A stretch of 64,000 nt of DNA from Eledone cirrhosa (Eukaryota). Location: NCBI GenBank assembly GCA_964016885.1, contig OZ024740.1:64852001-64916000 (forward strand), read 5' to 3'. Positions within the stretch are counted from its first letter, which is position 1; each line of letters starts with the position of its first letter. Positions 60,223 through 64,000 of the stretch are shown here, piece after piece. Made by a program: the position numbers and the translations under genes. The notes below the pieces were generated by a model. The model had not been told where the DNA came from. It ran no database searches and saw only the letters and a program-made list of their open reading frames with translations.

Positions 60223-62203
60223 GATTCCTATTTTACGTTCTTGTATATGTTTGGTAAACAAGTATATTGAACACTAATGGTGTGAAGTTATTTAACAGCT
60301 AAACAGTTGCTAAATAACAACACCACATAGTTGCTATGTTTTCCACCATCTTATACGATCACATCTTGTTCAGTTACTTGCACATATATTTGTAACAACA
60401 TTTTATTGGAAAACAATATAATAATGCAATATTTTCCTTTTTTGTTAAATTCTTTTTCTAATTTCTATCAAACGCAATATTTCCCAATACATTATCGTGT
60501 TATGTGAAATGAATTGTTATGAAACTGAAACAATGTCTATAGTTACAAATGAATGATATGGTAAGACTTTCCAGCACACGGGAACGCTAAGAAGCCATGG
60601 TTGAGTTAAGAATTTGACAATCCGAAAACAAATGGCCGCTTCATAAATTATCGGCAAACATGATCAAACTTTAGTCAAAATTCTAATACACCTACCTTAT
60701 CCTTTCCCACGTTTCTCATATTTCTTTTAATCTCTAGGTCTAAATTAACACTTAGTCCACTGAAAGCTAGTAACACAGAGTAAAATATACATTTGCATGT
60801 GTGAATGAATGTATCCATGTGTGAATATATCTATGAATGTATGTGTGTATGTCTCTTTTATTTTGTATGGGTTTCTGTATATTTGTTCCCGGTGAAATAC
60901 TTTGCTTCTCCTATGACTTCTTACTTACCGATCCTCTGTTTATATGTGAAGCGTTGACTAAGCATTGACTTAACTTACATGGATTAATCACTGTATATCA
61001 AATAAATACAACGTTACCCGCATCTTCGGTCAAGAAGGACATTGAAGCGTCACTCACAGAGGCTGATACACCAGCCAGCTTGGCAGTCATTATAGGCAGC
61101 ACCAACAACGATCACTACCATTAACAAAAAGAGGGCAGCGACAGCAACAGGACAGTAATAACATCCCCGCATCATTGGTGAAAGAAGGCACCCGAACCTC
61201 AGTTAACAGCCTGGTAGCCCGAATTGGTAGCAGTTTCAACTAGCACCACAATTAACAAAAGGAAGGCAACGACAGCAACAGTGACATTAACAGCAACGAC
61301 ACATATGTGTATCAACATCTTACCAGCAATCACTACCATTAACAAGAGTAGACGTTTACTTACCATCTTTCCTTTTTCAACTTCCGCTTCGTTATTGCCT
61401 TTAACTCTATCTCCCAAACACACTCTACGCAAATGCTCTTAGCCCCCTCTCCGCTCCCTTTTGTACGCCATAAATGCAACTAAGGAACGAGTTCTTATTT
61501 CTTGGCCGGTTCAACATTTCCTCAACATTTGTTCAGAAATATCACACAACAAAGTTTTATGCATTCACGAGGATGGAATTTGGTTAAAGTTGGAGCATAT
61601 TGACTTACAGACTTAGGAAAATAAATTTTATACCAATAGATACATTTTCAATGCAGACAACTATCGTATTTTGTGGATTATGTATTGTGCCTCTCTTATA
61701 TATATATATTGTATTATATGGTGTATAAGTGTAAAAATCAATACTTTGGCAGACTATGTAGTCCGGACGTGCTTAACTTCCGGGATATCGATGATATTTT
61801 CTTGTCAGGATATTGAGTTGGTATCAGGTGATGTAGTAGTTCATTGTCACTAGATAATATCCAACGCTCTATCAATGTTTGAAGAGGGGGTGGTGGCGAT
61901 TTATATGTTTCGGTTTGTTTACACTCAGTATAGTTTTCGAGAAATAAAATATCTCTGAAACATTATGTTTTTAACTACGCACATTTTTGTCATCAGAACA
62001 TAAATGTGATTTTGGTGTCTTTTCATTTGTAGGTTTTCATTTTGTAATATTCTACCATGAAATAAAGTCTGACATGTACAGAAATCAAAGAATGTAACTT
62101 CATATCAGAAACGTATGTACACGAACTGACACACGCATGGACACATGTATACACGTACATTGTGCAGGCAAAAGCATATAGATTGGTATATTATTTGAAT
62201 ATT

Positions 62204-62250
<47 letters not shown>

Positions 62251-62496
62251 TCACATGCCCCCCCCCCCCCCACACACACACGCACATATATATATATATA
62301 AAGAATAATAGATGAAATCGAAAATGCAACTGGAGTCTTATTTTAAAAGATATATATATATATTTATTTGGTTCCTTTACCGGTTTCGGAGTTTTTCTGC
62401 TTTTCAAAAGTAGAGTTGAGATGGAGGGTCTGTGGTTTTTTTCACATCTGTATATATATATACTCACAAGTATATATATATATATATATATATATA

Positions 62497-62536
62497 CTTT
62501 CCGACGGAATTGCTTCATTCACAAACATATATATAT

Positions 62537-62572
<36 letters not shown>

Positions 62573-62800
62573 GTTTGTGAATGAAGTAATTCCGTCGGAA
62601 AGGTACAGGAAAAAGAGTGCTCTATGTAGGCTACAGAGCTTATTAGTTATGTAATAAACAACATAAGATAATTATTTCATTTACCAGTGGTTTGTTGAAA
62701 GCAGAATTTGTATCTATTTTCAGCCGTCAGAATGATTAAAAAATATGTTTTTATTAAATATGGATTTGAAAACAAAATTTAAGAAATATGAAAGTGAGGC
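62497..62800 (-). mobile_element. pLTR-like 3' end related to 3455-3540, with decayed HHR (62678-62734) and short inverted tip
   Basis: agagtgctctat...tacagagct is shared with 3456-3483. Reverse complement catt-CTGACGG...CAAA-ccactgg-TA-aatg. Confidence 0.55.
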
Positions 62801-63173
62801 TGAGGAAAAAACGGCGAAGAAGAAGAGGGGAAAAAGAATAAATATATATATATATATATATATAAACAATAATTATCCAGAACATAAAAATACACACACT
62901 CAACCACGCGCATATACTTAAAAAGTACGTAGACGTATACTTTTTCACATAAGCGCATATGCGTCTACAGACAGGGACATACATATACATGAAATAATAA
63001 GAATAAATAAATAAATGAATAAGAACAAAAAAATAAAGGTTAAAAACAAAAAGAGACAGTAGGATGCGTGTTGACAACGGAGAGTATGAGGAGGAAGAGG
63101 GCGGAATGAAAACAACATAACAAATTAAACAAATACACGAGATGTGCATATACATAAATATATATATATATAT

Positions 63174-63876
63174 AATTAAGTTAAAAATGTACATCCATAT
63201 ATGTATACTGAAATACTAGTATGCATATGAATACACACACGTATACATATGTAGATGTACCAAGTCTTTCACTGGTTACTTTACTGTGAGTATCCAGCTA
63301 TTCTGTATGTAAACACACAGACAAACCGGTTTTTAGAGTCATACTGGTTTTTGAGGAAACACCTTTCCTCTATTCTCCAGAAATTTAATTTCGTTTCGTT
63401 ATTTGTTTTTATCGTCTCCGTTGAACCGGTACGTACTCACACTCTATGCAAATTAGTCTGCCCACTACTAATTTTCATAGAAAAAGCATATAACGATATG
63501 TGCTTTTACGATTCTCCAGAGAGGCCGGTAGATAGGTAAATATTGCTGATGAGTTGTAACAACAACGAAACTAGTTCAATATTCCTTGTCTGGCTTTCTG
63601 GAGAATAGAGGAAAGGTGTTTCCTCAAAAACCAGTATGACTCTAAAAACCGGTTTGTCTGTGTGTTTACATACAGAATAGCTGGATACTCACAGTAAAGT
63701 AACCAGTGAAAGACTTGGTACATCTACATATGTATACGTGTGTGTATTCATATGCATACTAGTATTTCAGTATACATATATGGATGTACATTTTTAACTT
63801 AATTGTTTAAGCGTCAGTCATACAAAAGTGAGTTACAAACGAAACGAAATTTAATTTCGTTTCGTTATTTGTTTTT
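63174..63876. mobile_element. Head-to-head HHR element
   Basis: 63174-63382 is inverted relative to 63596-63804. Confidence 0.75.
63539..63583 (+). ncRNA. Minimal type I hammerhead ribozyme (GUU site)
   Basis: aatattg-CTGATGA-gttgt/aaca/acaac-GAAA-ctag-TT-caatatt; perfect stems. Confidence 0.92.
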
Positions 63877-64000
63877 ATATATATATAAATATATATATAT
63901 ATAAATATATATATATATAAATATATATATATAAAAGAAAAAATATATTAATATATTTATATATATATATATATGCAAAAGTTCTATTTAAATTGTTGGG

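Noticed and set aside
61080-61350. Thr/Ala-rich ORF region
   Set aside because: Degenerate low-complexity tandem repeat (accattaacaa...gacagcaacag); no coding support.

Overview
AT-rich, microsatellite-saturated eukaryotic DNA with essentially no intact host gene. The SINE type and repeat landscape suggest a coleoid cephalopod such as Octopus (inference). Most ORF-track entries are translations of (TA)n/(CA)n tracts. Recognisable mobile elements: two large Penelope-like retroelements (PLEs; RT + C-terminal GIY-YIG) and three further PLE 3' ends, an RTE LINE plus a fragment, two R4/Dong LINE remnants, an L1/Tx1 LINE nested in an (AAT)n tract, a Helitron Rep/Hel remnant and a tRNA-derived SINE. 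The dominant signal is a population of short elements sitting inside (TA)n tracts. By eye I found about 30 type I hammerhead ribozyme (HHR) motifs, complete, decayed or half, from a dozen or more unrelated families. Most occur as head-to-head inverted duplications whose 3' ends point outward into the flanking (TA)n. Inversion centres repeatedly fall in or next to the ribozyme, especially stem II. Many families also share a T(T/A/C)GAG(C/T)(A/G)C motif about 50-70 nt from the 3' end. Two ~560-575 bp circularly permuted tandem+inverted arrays have the same architecture but no canonical ribozyme. All coordinates were read by eye and may be off by a few bases.
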